Origin: Trypanosoma brucei
Lineage: Eukaryota
Direction of reading: 5' to 3'
Length of the DNA: 64,000 nucleotides
Assembly: GCA_000002445.1 (NCBI GenBank)
Contig: CP000071.1
Span: forward strand, 2,144,001-2,208,000
Each line of letters begins with the position of its first letter. Positions within the stretch are counted from its first letter, which is position 1. The notes beneath the pieces were generated by a model. The model saw only the letters and a list, made by a program, of their open reading frames with translations, had not been told where the DNA came from and did no database searches. Shown here piece after piece: positions 1 through 11,499 of the stretch. The position numbers and the translations under genes are program-made.

Positions 1-746
1 CCCACCTCCCTCCTTCAGTGGTGCTGTGGTTTAACCGCAGTAACAGTAACAATCCGTTGGTTGGTCAACGAACAAAAGTGAGGTAATTTTTTTTGAGTTT
101 GTGAAAACCGTTGGCAAAAAGTTGGCTATAACTCAATAGTAGATTCTTGGTGAGCCAAGAAAAGAAGGAAAAAAAAGAGAAAGAAGACCGACTGCAGTCG
201 GAGGTGACTCACGCGATAGGGAGATCGAGGCTTAGATGCAAAAATGTACTTGAAGTGGGGGGAGAGGAAGAGTAGAAAACTGGTGCACATGCCTCGATCG
301 TAACTTATACGCGCGACTATGTTATTGGTCATTGCTCTTCATTTTTTGTTTTTTGCTTGTCTGAGCATTTGGTTCACATCCCCTTGATTACGCAGCGCTG
401 CCAGTTGGCTCCGCGCTGCATTTCCATTAACTCTCATCCCCACCATCGCATCCTCCCGTGCGCTTCTTATTTTGCCCTTGTTGATATTGCTGTTTGCCTC
501 CTTATCACTGTTATAGTTCCCGCACGCATAGTTTTTGCTTAGTCACTAGTAGGTGCTATCAGTAGTCTGAAGCCGGTCCTGTGGGGATTCTTGCGGACGG
601 CGTCGTGAAGCAAAGCACAAGAGAGGCCCAGGTAGGATCACACTGTAAAGGAGGAAAACTATTTATAGGCATACATATACGTTCTTCCCTCGTTCTTACC
701 TTGCGGGGGCGCATTGCTTCTCTGAGCATCAATCGTACAACTACAC

Positions 747-1775
747 GTGTATTTATCTACACATTTGGCAGTTCGCATTTTGGTCAAACTAATGCAGCCC
801 GCGGGGGGGAACTCGAGTCCGAAATCCACAGGCGAGAGTTGCATTTGTAGCGCCACGAAATATATTTACAGCTTTCGGAAGAAGGAATGGGTTGTGTTAG
901 CCACCAATGTCGAAATTATAACGCCACTCAAACCCTTTGCTAAGGGTGGCATGCGGGTCTGTTATGAGGTTGAGGAAATCGAAGACGACGGCAGCCGCAC
1001 GCGCTGCATTGCCAAGTTGTTCCTTAAGGTTGTGAGTGACGTGAAGGAAGAGGATTATTTCTGCGAAGGGGAAGCGCAGTGTCTCTGCGAAGAATTTGCG
1101 AGCAACTTCAACAAGGCTCCCTTCAATGGACCTAATAAACCGCGCATATCATTCTTACAGTGTCAGGTGTTGCGTATTAGTCGTAATATCATCCCCCGCG
1201 AGTACCGTCAGCTGAAGGATGGGTTCTTCTCCCACCGCACAGTCGACACGGGAGATGTTCTTTTCGTGATGGAACCCAAACTTGGGGGACACTTCACAAA
1301 GTATAACAGCAACTACGGTGACGTCTATGAGGATGATAAGCACTGCAAAACGGACTCCCAGAAACGGAAGCGTCAGCATATGTTGCACGTGGCTGAAGCT
1401 TTCTCTCATTTCACTCTCGTAGATAGCCTGGGCTCGATGCTTTTGTGCGATCTGCAGGGCGTCAATGACTTGTTGACAGACCCGCAAATTCACACGGAGG
1501 ACGGTCGGGGCCTCGGGTTGGGGAACATGGGCACGGAGGGCATTACGAGGTTCGTGGCCAACCACAAATGCAACGAAATTTGCGAGGGTTTGGATCTGAA
1601 GCCGCTGACAGGTGTGGTGCCGGAGTCTAGTGATGAAGCAAAGAAGTCAAATGTTTACGCGTACCTGCGGGCCCAACTCCGACAGGATTTCATCCCACCT
1701 CCTAAACCGATATCTGAGATGACAGAAGAGGAAAAGTTTGAGCACGCGCTGCAGCTGTCCCGCGTCACTTACTGA
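747..1775 (+). CDS. Alpha-kinase domain protein (atypical protein kinase; eEF2K/MHCK-like catalytic domain)
   Basis: The 342-aa ORF carries alpha-kinase hallmarks: KGGMRVCYEV (lysine-loop region), LCDLQGV, LTDPQIHT, a Gly-rich GLGLGNMGTEGI and the zinc motif HKCNEICEGL. These match eEF2K-type DLQGV...TDPQIHT...GxGNLG...HxCNxIC. The true start may be ATG at 792 (MQPAGG). Confidence 0.8.
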   Translation: MYLSTHLAVRILVKLMQPAGGNSSPKSTGESCICSATKYIYSFRKKEWVVLATNVEIITPLKPFAKGGMRVCYEVEEIEDDGSRTRCIAKLFLKVVSDVKEEDYFCEGEAQCLCEEFASNFNKAPFNGPNKPRISFLQCQVLRISRNIIPREYRQLKDGFFSHRTVDTGDVLFVMEPKLGGHFTKYNSNYGDVYEDDKHCKTDSQKRKRQHMLHVAEAFSHFTLVDSLGSMLLCDLQGVNDLLTDPQIHTEDGRGLGLGNMGTEGITRFVANHKCNEICEGLDLKPLTGVVPESSDEAKKSNVYAYLRAQLRQDFIPPPKPISEMTEEEKFEHALQLSRVTY

Positions 1776-3936
1776 ATGAAAGGGGTGTGGAAGTGGGTGG
1801 ATACACTTGGTATTCACAAGCTAAAGGGGAAGACGGGAGAAATGAGTGTTGCTTCTACATCTGTCCGGACTACGGTTGCAGCCAACGTCGCCGTTGGTGT
1901 TGTCATAAATGCCAAAGGTGGTGCCGTTGTTGCTGCTGCAAACGCTGCTCGCATCATAGTGCATTCCTTAGAGCACGGCACAGTTATTCGAAGCGGGACG
2001 TTTTAAACCAACAAGAGGGGGAGGCCGTCTCTGTTGCTGTTGTTGTTGTTCACGGTCCCTTGTACGTTTCTTTTTTAGTGTCACTCACGCTTCAATATGT
2101 TCCGCTTTGCCGCGGCGGGCAGCAACGTCACTGCTATTGTGTGTGTACGCGAGTGTTTGTTGCTGAATGGTCCGTCGGTGCTGCTGCTGTCGTGAGTTAC
2201 TGACGTTATAAATTTCGCGCACCTGCTTCTTTCTTTGCTCAATTGTAAGAATTCGCTTCAGCCGTCCGTGTAATTTGAGCTCGTGATCGCGCCCCGCGTT
2301 GTCAACCACGTCACCGCATGATGATGCGCTTTTTCTGCGGGTGAGTGGTTCTCTGCTTCCGCTTCCGACAGTCTGGAAATGATAAATACTGTCAGCACGC
2401 GCAGGGTGGAGAAGATCGGGGTTAGCGAGGACTGGGGGCCATGTTTTTTTCTGCCTTCATAAGGGAAAAGAGAAAAAGTGAAAGGAGAGGACGGGCTGTC
2501 GCGCAGCCTTTATCAGGAAGCTAATTGCGGCCGCCTTGCTTCTGCTCTTTTTCGTCGAGCGTTGTATATTTCCAACCTCGCTGTTCGCTTAGTGTCTTCT
2601 CTCTGTCTTTCTTTTTGTGCCGTTGTGTGGTTCTTTTATTCTTCAGCTTATATGGAGTCTTGTATATCATATAATTTACGGTGGTCCGCCTTAACCGCCC
2701 CCCTAGTTGGTGTTCCCCAGCGCGCACCCTTCTGCTGCAAGACACCTCACTTGCCCCTTTCACAATATTACTTTGCTTTTGGCGCTGCATTTGATTTGTA
2801 CCTGCGGGGAACCGTTGGAAGTTACACACAAACATTTCCTCTCCTTCATTCTTTAGGCATCGCTGTACATTCTGTGGTGCCCGCGCTTGTGGTATGAAGG
2901 CGAGAAACCGGCGTCGCGGGTGCGTGAAGCACTCAGCAGTGTGTCCGTCCTTCTTCAAATGTCGTTTTACCCCTCGTTGCTTCTTCCCCAAATACAAAAA
3001 GTGCACTTACGCACACAAATACACACATCGACTTCTTTTTCCTCGCTTACTCACTTAACGGAAAACGGGGGATGTTATGCTGAGGCGCACTTTTTATCAC
3101 TAGGGGAAAAGTTTGCCACGCCAAGTCTGCGGTTTAACTTCAGTGCGGCGGTCGCCAAACTATAGCCCCGAGTGTATTATGATCCCTAAATTGCTGCATA
3201 TATTTTGTGAATGTTTCAGTGCAGACATGATTTTTCCCCCTCTCCTTCAACGTGGCTACTCCTCTGCCCATCTTTGCTTTTTCCTCCCTTCCCCACCCCC
3301 CTTTCCTCCATGGCTTGGATTCACCAACACCACCTTGCGACACGCCAAATGGTGAAGGAGGTACGAGTGCGGCGGCGGCGGCGCGGCACGGGTTGCTATA
3401 GACTTTTGCAAACAAAAGTTAAGAAGGAAAAAGTTGGAAAGAGGCTAAACGACATTGAAGTGCGGCCGCACGGCAATCGCAAGGGAAGATATAAGCAAGA
3501 AAAGAAGGAGTGTTCGGATTTCGAAAATCGGGGTCAGCACATAACGCCACACTAAACTGAATATAAGTTCAGGAACGCAAGTGACTCAAAGTTCAGAAAG
3601 AGCAGGAGGAGTGTAAAGCAGAGGGTGTTGAAATCGTGTCAAACAGGGAGAAATTCGAGTTGCAAAACGGTTGTGGCTCTTCGTTGCTGTCGTCGGCTAT
3701 AGGGGAGCGTCTACCGTTTTGTAAGAACTACGCGGGTGTTTATATAAATATAGACGGAGTGAGTAACGAATCCAACGGCACTGCGCAAACAAGTGTGTTT
3801 CATCAAGGCAGTGTACCAGCGGCTAGGCTTTGTGGAAGCGGCAACCGGCAAAGTGGAGAACTGAGAAGCGGGAAAGAACAACATTGCTTCAAATCGTAGG
3901 ATTCGGTGAGGAAGGATCGCATTCGCATCGCGAGGT

Positions 3937-5409
3937 GTGTCGGGGCACGTTATTTTTGGTAGGCGTGTAGTTGATTGGAGGACGGCTACGAGCATGGAAG
4001 AGGCAAGTAGCGAGCACCAGCGGCTCCTTCCCTGCAGCTCCGGCCCACACTCGAACTACAACGCAGCAGCCGTGGAAGTGGGCACTCCAGCGGCACCTTC
4101 CCCATGGGGTGGGTTGGAGGACGCAGATCAACAATCCTTGAACTCGACGGAAGTGCGGCGGCGCCATGAGTCGAAGGTATTGTTAGCTGCCCTCATGTTC
4201 TGTTTCGTGTTCATGCTGGTAGAGCTCATGTTCGGCGTGGTGGCACACTCCCTGGCACTTCTGACTGACGCCTCGCATCTCCTCATCGACGTGGGCGCCT
4301 ATGCGCTGAGTATCATGAGCCTACGTGCCGCCTCGAGGACCTCCTGCGGGAAGTACAGCTACGGCTGGCACCGCGCGGAAGTCATCGGAACGCTTGTTTC
4401 GGTCTTCTCCATTTGGGCCCTTGTCGTCTGGATTGTCATGGAGGGGTTGGATAGGTCATGGAATGTAGTGAAGTGTAGCCGTATCCATGCTATGCTTGCT
4501 ACCACTGCTCAACAGTACAAGCGGAATAATAGCACCAGCTATTACGGCTTCGGTAATATTTCACAGCGCCCTACGGTCGACAAGGATGGAGCGCTGACAG
4601 AGGCGACGCATATGGAAATGTGTACAAGTATCGACTCACCCATCATGGTTGTGGTGGGTGTACTAGGGATGGTGGTAAACGTTGTATGCGCCGCTATTTT
4701 GTACTTCGGTGGTTCGCACGGCCACAGTCATTTTGGTGGATCACACCATCATAGCCATAGCGGTAACGGGGAAGAAGAGGATTCACTATGCGAGGAGAAT
4801 ACTGGGCACAATCACAGTCACGACCATGGACATGGACACGGGCACAGCGGAAGTGAAGGTGAAGGTCATGATCACAGTCACAGTCACAGTGGCAGAGGGT
4901 TCGCCGTTCACGCTGCTCTGCTTCATGCGTTGGGTGATTGTGTCCAGTCTCTCGGCGTCATCCTCGCTGGAATCTTCATTTATGTCGCAAACCGTTATTC
5001 GTACGGTGTTCCATCATATCGCTACTCCATTTACAACCTTGCAGACCCGCTGTGCTCGCTACTGTTTGCCGTCATTACGCTCAACATGACGCGACCGTTG
5101 CTGCGGGACCTTCTGGGAATTCTCATGGAGAGTACCCCTCCGGGTATTAACTACTCCGAGTTGTTGAGTGCCCTGCGCAGTATTAAAGGTGTTGAAGGCG
5201 TACACGACCTTCACGTGTGGTCGATTGCCTCCGACTACGCAGCGCTTTCGGTTCATCTTGAGGCAGACGATAAGGATGCAGCCCTTCAGGAGGCACAGGA
5301 GGTTTGCAAGAGATTTGGCATCACCCATACGACCATTCAGGTGGACACGGTGGAAAATGGGGCAGGTCTATGTCACTCCCTGTGCGCCTCGGCACAAACT
5401 ATCGCCTAA
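3937..5409 (+). CDS. Cation diffusion facilitator (ZnT/SLC30-like) zinc transporter with a histidine-rich loop
   Basis: Six predicted TM helices. CDF signature residues HSLALLTDASHLLID in TM2 and HALGDCVQSLGVILAG in TM5. A His-rich cytosolic loop (GGSHGHSHFGGSHHHSHSG...HNHSHDHGHGHGHSG...HDHSHSHSG). A C-terminal CDF dimerisation domain (VHDLHVWSIASDYAALSVHLE). The start could be the internal MEEASS. Confidence 0.85.
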   Translation: MSGHVIFGRRVVDWRTATSMEEASSEHQRLLPCSSGPHSNYNAAAVEVGTPAAPSPWGGLEDADQQSLNSTEVRRRHESKVLLAALMFCFVFMLVELMFGVVAHSLALLTDASHLLIDVGAYALSIMSLRAASRTSCGKYSYGWHRAEVIGTLVSVFSIWALVVWIVMEGLDRSWNVVKCSRIHAMLATTAQQYKRNNSTSYYGFGNISQRPTVDKDGALTEATHMEMCTSIDSPIMVVVGVLGMVVNVVCAAILYFGGSHGHSHFGGSHHHSHSGNGEEEDSLCEENTGHNHSHDHGHGHGHSGSEGEGHDHSHSHSGRGFAVHAALLHALGDCVQSLGVILAGIFIYVANRYSYGVPSYRYSIYNLADPLCSLLFAVITLNMTRPLLRDLLGILMESTPPGINYSELLSALRSIKGVEGVHDLHVWSIASDYAALSVHLEADDKDAALQEAQEVCKRFGITHTTIQVDTVENGAGLCHSLCASAQTIA

Positions 5410-6480
5410 CTGCGCAATGGTGGAACACCAGATGGGTGAAGTGTATGATGTGTACAAGGGCACACACACACACATTCGGCCCACTGATTTTTCTTTCTAT
5501 CCTTCCACAGTAAGTGAGCAGATGCTTCTATGCCTCCGTGTGGTAGTATCGTCTAACATTAACTTTACCTATAAAAACAACGCGGGGAAGAGTAAGGAGA
5601 TGGAATAGAGTGGAAAGTGCATTATGTCGAGATGATCAGGCTCCCATACCCTTCTTCCGTAACCTTCTTTCCCTCTTTTCGCTTCGCAAGCTTCATCACA
5701 ATAACGGTGGTGTGCTCCCCCCCCCTACTCATTCGGGTGCTTGACTGATGTCTCCCCATTTGGCTGTTTATCCTAACTCTCAGGATACCAACTTCTCTCA
5801 TATTCCACAGCGTGTGCGCCTAGGTGCACATCCTGGATGTGATATACAGATAGAGATGCTCTATGTATCACCCTTCACGCCCCCAGAATGGAGAGGTCGC
5901 GCTGGTGCCCTACGACAGATGGTGTTGGATCTTTTGCGCATGCCATTTACAGAGAAGTGAATGGAACAGAGGGGAAATTGACGGCAAAAAAGAGAAGGAC
6001 GGTTGAGGTTGAGATGATTACAATTATTGATGCTACATATATATATGTATTCTCTTTTGTCCCATCTAAAACTGCCTCAATTTTGCTTTCCCTTCCTCGT
6101 TTTTTTTCGAGGTTTATTGTGTGTTTTTGCTCCTCGATTGACAGGAAGAATAGAGTACAACTAGTGCACAGCCGAAAAGGGTGGGCGGAATGTCTAAACC
6201 TTGTGCTTGTGCGACGAAAGAGGAAGGAGGAAAGAGGAAACGGTTGTGAAAGAAGGTTGTAGCTGAGCGCACACGTGCTTTCTATGAGTAAACAATATTC
6301 ACTTGTCTTTCTTTTGCACTCGGAGCCCGTATTTTACCGATTGTTTCACAACCCGGTATTGAGCACATCCTCAACCACGCATATCTACGCTCCTCAACTT
6401 TCTGTGCAATAACTGACCTCTGTTTAAATGGTCATATAGGCATCTATAGCGAGCAAGGAAGGGTGGACCTCGTTTGAATC

Positions 6481-8193
6481 ATGCAAAGCGGCAGTGAGAA
6501 GCGGAACGGTCAAAAGCGCCCCCGACATGCAGGTGAAGCAGCGGCCTCTTCACCAGCGGTATCACTCAAACAAAAGAAACTGAAACCGAAGAAAAAGACG
6601 GATAATGCAGGTGAAGGGAATGAGGACCAACTTCAGCAACGGCGGCGGCAACAAGAGGAAAAGCGAAATTTACCGATTGCATCATCATCACCAGCGGCAG
6701 CGCAGCAAGTGAAGAGTCCGGTGTTGGATCAAGTGCAGGCGAAAGTCCCTACTGAAGAGTGTCGCAGCGCCCTGCTGGTCATTGGAACATATCACTCCGT
6801 CATGGCGGGGTTGCTCTACCGGCGTCGCCGCTTCGGCCTGCTTTTTTCCATCAAGCACCATGTCGGATGCATCAACGCTGTCACAGCTGGGGGCGGGGCG
6901 AAGTATATGGCTTCGGCGGGCACGGATGAGCGGGTATTTCTATTCACCAATAAAAGTCACAGCGTTCAAAAGCAACTGAAGCTCTTGAAAAAGAAGCAAA
7001 AACGGCAAGCGAAAAGGCTGAAGAAAGGTGGTGAACCATGTGAGAACGGTGGGGAAATGGAAGAAACCCTGGCTTTTGCTGGTCCTTCCGCAGAAACAAA
7101 TAGCGGCAGCAGCGCTGAGCCTCTTGCTCTCAGACTTACCGATTTGGGTCACGTCTCACCACCCAGTGAAGTACGTTGTATGAAGATAACGAGTAACTCA
7201 CAGCTGATGTTGTGTGGTTGTACTGACGGGCAGCTTATAACATACCGCACACGTGATTGGTCCATCAACTCGGCTATTCCATTACATGAGAAATGCATCT
7301 CTAGCATTGCCCTACATCCGGGAAGCAATAATGACGGCGGTTCCGGTGCGGCGCTTGCCATTACTTGCTCGGCAGAAGACCACCATATTGTAGTTGTAGA
7401 CTTGTTGAGGGGTCGGTTACTAAGCAAATGGCGCTACAGTACATCACTAGCAACAGCAATAAGTCGATACAGTGCCAACAAAGACAACGGTGGAAGGGAT
7501 AATGTCGCGTCTCCGGCTGCTGTACAAACAACAAGCAACAGCGATGAGCCCGGGAGGCCGGTGAAGCTGGCGAAGTGGGAGCGGCACGACGAGCCACGTG
7601 AGGTCCACTTCTCCCCAGTAGGTTCTTACTTCGCCGTTCTGTCCAGTCACGCTCTACTTGTTTATGAGACGGCCACGATGCGGGCTGTGGCGCACTACCG
7701 GGCTCCTTCTCCGCTGCAGCCGCACAATGAAATGCACACCTTCTGTTTCATGGACGAACAAACCATAATGATTGGTGATGAGTCGGGAAACATACGATGC
7801 TGCTGTGGGCCATGGCAGGGGGCTTGCGTTCCGGGGATCGTGGAACGGCGTATTCCCCATGGTAGTGAGGGCGGTAACGTTGGAGTTTGCGGTACTAACA
7901 ACAGCAGCGGGGATACGACTGGCAGCTTTGCCGCTGGTTCTGATGCGTCACAGCATTCGGGACGTCACCCCACAAAGCATTCAACGCGTGTGAAAGCACT
8001 GCATTGTGCTGGCCGAACCCTCTTTTCATTGGATGCGGCGGGTGTCGCTATCGCTTGGAATGTGGATAAAGGAGGCATCAGCAGTAATAACAGTATCAGT
8101 GCGAGTGGCAAAAGCTCAGATTTGATGCTCCACTACATCTGTAGTGCAAACTGCAGGGGTCGTGTGACGACGATGGATGTGTTGCGGCTGTAG
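6481..8193 (+). CDS. WD-repeat protein, PAK1IP1/MAK11-like (putative ribosome-biogenesis factor) with basic N-terminal tail
   Basis: A 570-aa ORF. A Lys/Arg-rich N-terminus (KQKKLKPKKK) is followed by LLVIGTYHSVMAGLLY...HVGCINAVTAGG..KYMASAGTDERVFLF, which resembles the first WD blades of PAK1IP1/Mak11 (LVAGCYEQVLFGF...SGSKDETI). Further WD-like segments follow (ITCSAEDHHIVVVDLL, FSLDAAGVAIAWNV). The family call is from memory only. Confidence 0.5.
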   Translation: MQSGSEKRNGQKRPRHAGEAAASSPAVSLKQKKLKPKKKTDNAGEGNEDQLQQRRRQQEEKRNLPIASSSPAAAQQVKSPVLDQVQAKVPTEECRSALLVIGTYHSVMAGLLYRRRRFGLLFSIKHHVGCINAVTAGGGAKYMASAGTDERVFLFTNKSHSVQKQLKLLKKKQKRQAKRLKKGGEPCENGGEMEETLAFAGPSAETNSGSSAEPLALRLTDLGHVSPPSEVRCMKITSNSQLMLCGCTDGQLITYRTRDWSINSAIPLHEKCISSIALHPGSNNDGGSGAALAITCSAEDHHIVVVDLLRGRLLSKWRYSTSLATAISRYSANKDNGGRDNVASPAAVQTTSNSDEPGRPVKLAKWERHDEPREVHFSPVGSYFAVLSSHALLVYETATMRAVAHYRAPSPLQPHNEMHTFCFMDEQTIMIGDESGNIRCCCGPWQGACVPGIVERRIPHGSEGGNVGVCGTNNSSGDTTGSFAAGSDASQHSGRHPTKHSTRVKALHCAGRTLFSLDAAGVAIAWNVDKGGISSNNSISASGKSSDLMLHYICSANCRGRVTTMDVLRL

Positions 8194-8611
8194 CTTTTTG
8201 GTGACGGGTCGATGATGGGCGAAGCTGAGAGTTTCCTTCTGTAAGTGGGCACCGAGGTTCGTACCTCTCGTTGGGGAAACATGCAGAGATTCTCCCCCGA
8301 GCAAACGTAAGAGGGATACTGGTGGGGGGAGGGAGGAATAAAAGCACCTGAAGCGAGTAATTATAATAGCGGTATGATTTAAGTTGTTAATCAAAAGCAC
8401 GGTTTCTAAAGGGTGGAAAAAGAAAGTGGTGTCTACAAGAAAGAAGTGGGCATCCACTATGACAAGTACACGACCTCTACTTTACGACCGACTGCTGTTT
8501 CTTCTTCCTTACATTACCTATAGAGTCAACACCCAAAATACTGAGTGACGAGGAGTAACCGATAATCAAAGAGAGAGATATATACATATATATAAATAAC
8601 AAGAAAGACAA

Positions 8612-10519
8612 ATGAAGTCTCGTGGTTTTACTCGACAACCCTCAGACAGCCACGATGGAGTCTCCGGAAGTTCGCCATATTTCGCTCGTTGGGGCGTATA
8701 TGACGCCCATGAGGATAAAAGTCACTTTAGCAGCCACGACGACAGGCGAAGCAGCAGCGGTAACATTAACGACAGCTACGGTAGCCGTTACGTCCGAAAT
8801 AATAACAGTAACGACGAGGAACCTAACAGATGGTGGCAGAGCAGCGAAGATGACATGACTTCCCGCAGCAGCGCGTTAAACATTCACGTACGGGAAAAGC
8901 AATGGAGGTCCAGCACAAACCACTGGGCTCCTATGCAACGACTAGTGCCGGGTGTTGGTGTCGCCAAGCAAACCCATCAGATGGTGAACACACTTTTCAT
9001 GGGAGACGGTGGGGATGAAGACGGTGATGTCGGCGACCGCATTGACGGCGACACTGTTGTCGTTGACGATGACGTCATTTACGGGTCCAATATTGGAGAT
9101 ATTAATGGAGCCAACAACAGTAAAGAAGGTGATGGTGAAAGCAGGCAAAACTGGCTAGATTACTGTTATCATTATAATTGTCAAAACAACAATAGTTACA
9201 CGTACAACGGTGATAATAGCAGCAACGGTAACAACTATAACAGGAACGATAGGCACAATGGCCAGAGCTACGGCGTGTACAGTGCGCTCAGCAGGTTAAT
9301 GGTGACCGGCAACGGGGAAGCCGAAGAAAGAAGAGACGGCAGAAAGAGATCCCCAGCAACAACACCAATTATGGCAGGGACGGGCGGGGAACTGACGCAG
9401 CCGTGCAGAGTTGCGAGCAGCGGTGGGGCGCCACTGGTGTCGTCTGGCACGGCAGTTTATACAGCAAATCGCGTGAGGTACAGCAACGGCAGAGGTACTG
9501 ACAGTGTATACACGAGCAATACTTACAGCATTACAGTCGGAGACGGCAGCATCAACGCCACTAACAAGAACACAGTTTTTGCCGGGCAAGCGCCCACTGC
9601 ATCCGCAGGCACTTCCTCGACGCCAGCATCAACGGCTGGCTTTGAAGCGGCAGCAGCGAGTATCATCGCGGCGGCCGGTTTGCCTCTCGGCACTTTTTCC
9701 TTAGCGAATTACATCGTAGAGGGCCAACCACGGTTTCCTTCAATGGAGCTAAGGCGGCAGCAGCAGCAAACCGTCTTTGATCAAAACCAGCATGAGACCA
9801 TCTTAGGGGAGTACCCCGTCTCAGTAGCATCACCACCTTCATACTGTGGAAGCCCCAGGAGCAACGGCTCCAGTCTTAATACGGCTCATCTCTTGAACAC
9901 CGCAACCACTGACGTGCACACCTCAGCTTGGTCTGGGCACACAAGGGACAACCAACGGAACTTACTGACCACTTACAACCAACACGCGCAGCAGCAACAG
10001 GCTAAGGCGTACAGTGAATACCTCAGTGATTTACTTTATTTCCACGCTGACTTCTTCCCACCTCCGCCCCCGCCACGAGGTCTTTCGTTTCCCTCTTACT
10101 CGCATTTCTTTACAAAGCTGTCACTGCCACCGGCGTACTCCTTGCCGCGAACATTGTCACTTGTTGCGTCGAACTGTCGGCGGCGCGCAGCATTGTGGTA
10201 TCATTACGCGAACAAGTGGAACATCACCCGTCGCCTCCCTCCTCCTCCCCGCACACCGTTGCCCGAGATGATGGAGGAGGAGGAGGAATCGAGAAGGCTC
10301 AGGCAGCTGCAGCATCCTCAGTGGTCGCACAAAGGAAATGGAACACTCGGACACCACAACCAGCAGAGCCCCCCGCGCACTCCGTACGACATCAGTGAGT
10401 GGATGAAAATGTGTGAGCGCTGGTTCGATGTGGCGCAGCGACAGTTCGAATACCCACCGGAAAATGTCCCCACGAGGGTCCCACCGAGCTTTATATTGCG
10501 CCATGTGGTGCAATATTAG
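8612..10519 (+). CDS. Hypothetical protein, low-complexity (Asn/Ser/Gly-rich, poly-Pro tracts)
   Basis: A 635-aa + strand ORF in the same orientation as its neighbours. N/S/D-rich, with PPPPPPRG and PPPPRTP tracts. No recognisable domain. The alternative-frame ORFs overlapping it are shorter. Confidence 0.45.
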   Translation: MKSRGFTRQPSDSHDGVSGSSPYFARWGVYDAHEDKSHFSSHDDRRSSSGNINDSYGSRYVRNNNSNDEEPNRWWQSSEDDMTSRSSALNIHVREKQWRSSTNHWAPMQRLVPGVGVAKQTHQMVNTLFMGDGGDEDGDVGDRIDGDTVVVDDDVIYGSNIGDINGANNSKEGDGESRQNWLDYCYHYNCQNNNSYTYNGDNSSNGNNYNRNDRHNGQSYGVYSALSRLMVTGNGEAEERRDGRKRSPATTPIMAGTGGELTQPCRVASSGGAPLVSSGTAVYTANRVRYSNGRGTDSVYTSNTYSITVGDGSINATNKNTVFAGQAPTASAGTSSTPASTAGFEAAAASIIAAAGLPLGTFSLANYIVEGQPRFPSMELRRQQQQTVFDQNQHETILGEYPVSVASPPSYCGSPRSNGSSLNTAHLLNTATTDVHTSAWSGHTRDNQRNLLTTYNQHAQQQQAKAYSEYLSDLLYFHADFFPPPPPPRGLSFPSYSHFFTKLSLPPAYSLPRTLSLVASNCRRRAALWYHYANKWNITRRLPPPPRTPLPEMMEEEEESRRLRQLQHPQWSHKGNGTLGHHNQQSPPRTPYDISEWMKMCERWFDVAQRQFEYPPENVPTRVPPSFILRHVVQY

Positions 10520-11499
10520 GGGGCCAATGCGTGACCTAGCGGGTATCGAATTGTTGGCTGAAATCTCGTTTCCAACGGGGAGGGGGGGAGGGAAGCACTT
10601 GCAGGCGTCGGTGCACTAAAACGCTTCCAAGTTCACAGCCGATGGAAAACCTCATGTTTGATCGATCTGTTTGTTTCTCTCTGCGGCTCTTTCCCTGGGT
10701 TGAAATCATGTCATGACCTGTGAACCGCTCCCGGTTTTCGTTGCTTCATTGGATGATTACAACCGCAGTAACGCGAAATAGAAGGAAGAACAGACACCCC
10801 AAGTGAAGAAAGCAGGCGGACAAGCGGGTAAGAAGATGAATGACGGAAATAAGGGAAGTGTCCGCATGCAGGTGCATCTTTCCCTGACTATGTTAATCTT
10901 AGCGTATCACCCATGTATTTATTTTACATGCATCGTCCTACATTTTTGGTGGGGGAATCCCTCCTTTTCTGCTGTTGTTACAGCCACCGTACTTTTTACT
11001 CTGTTGCTGCTGATTTCGTTTTCATCCGGGCGTGCGATTATGTGGGAGTGTGGTAAAGCAGTGGGGAGAGAGGCACAGTAAATTGTTTGATATTCAATGC
11101 GCATTACAATTCCTAATGGCAAGCATAAACATACATTAATATATCTACACATATACGCATATGTACATGCGCATATGCCAGACGTTCTTTGTTGACATGC
11201 TACAGCGTTGCAAGGGTGTCTAAAGCTGCAACATTGGGCTATAAACAACCAAGAGAAGGTTTAACAGATTTAAAAATATATAAATAAAGCAGATGAGAAG
11301 AGAGGAGATGAGGGAAGGGGGAAAGGGAGAAATTTAAGAAGGCAAAAAATAATGAACAAGCAATTGTAAATGGTATAGTAGACGAGAAGCAGAAGAGAGC
11401 TGTGACATTTTGGTTTTGGTCTTATCTGTTAAAGTAATCACATGGATCGGCGGGTACATTTCTCCATCCCACTTTTCAATTCCCGCACAACTTCTACCA

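Noticed and set aside
1787-2203. Cys-rich 138-aa ORF (CCHKCQRWCRCCCCKRC) downstream of the alpha-kinase
   Set aside because: A product of GC-rich (GCT/GTT)n simple sequence. No start context and no domain, and it overlaps another equally implausible ORF.
4682-5089. Alternate-frame ORF (135 aa) inside the CDF transporter gene rich in VTVTV repeats
   Set aside because: A frame-shifted reading of the His-rich (CAC-GGN) micro-repeat, fully nested in a well-supported CDS.
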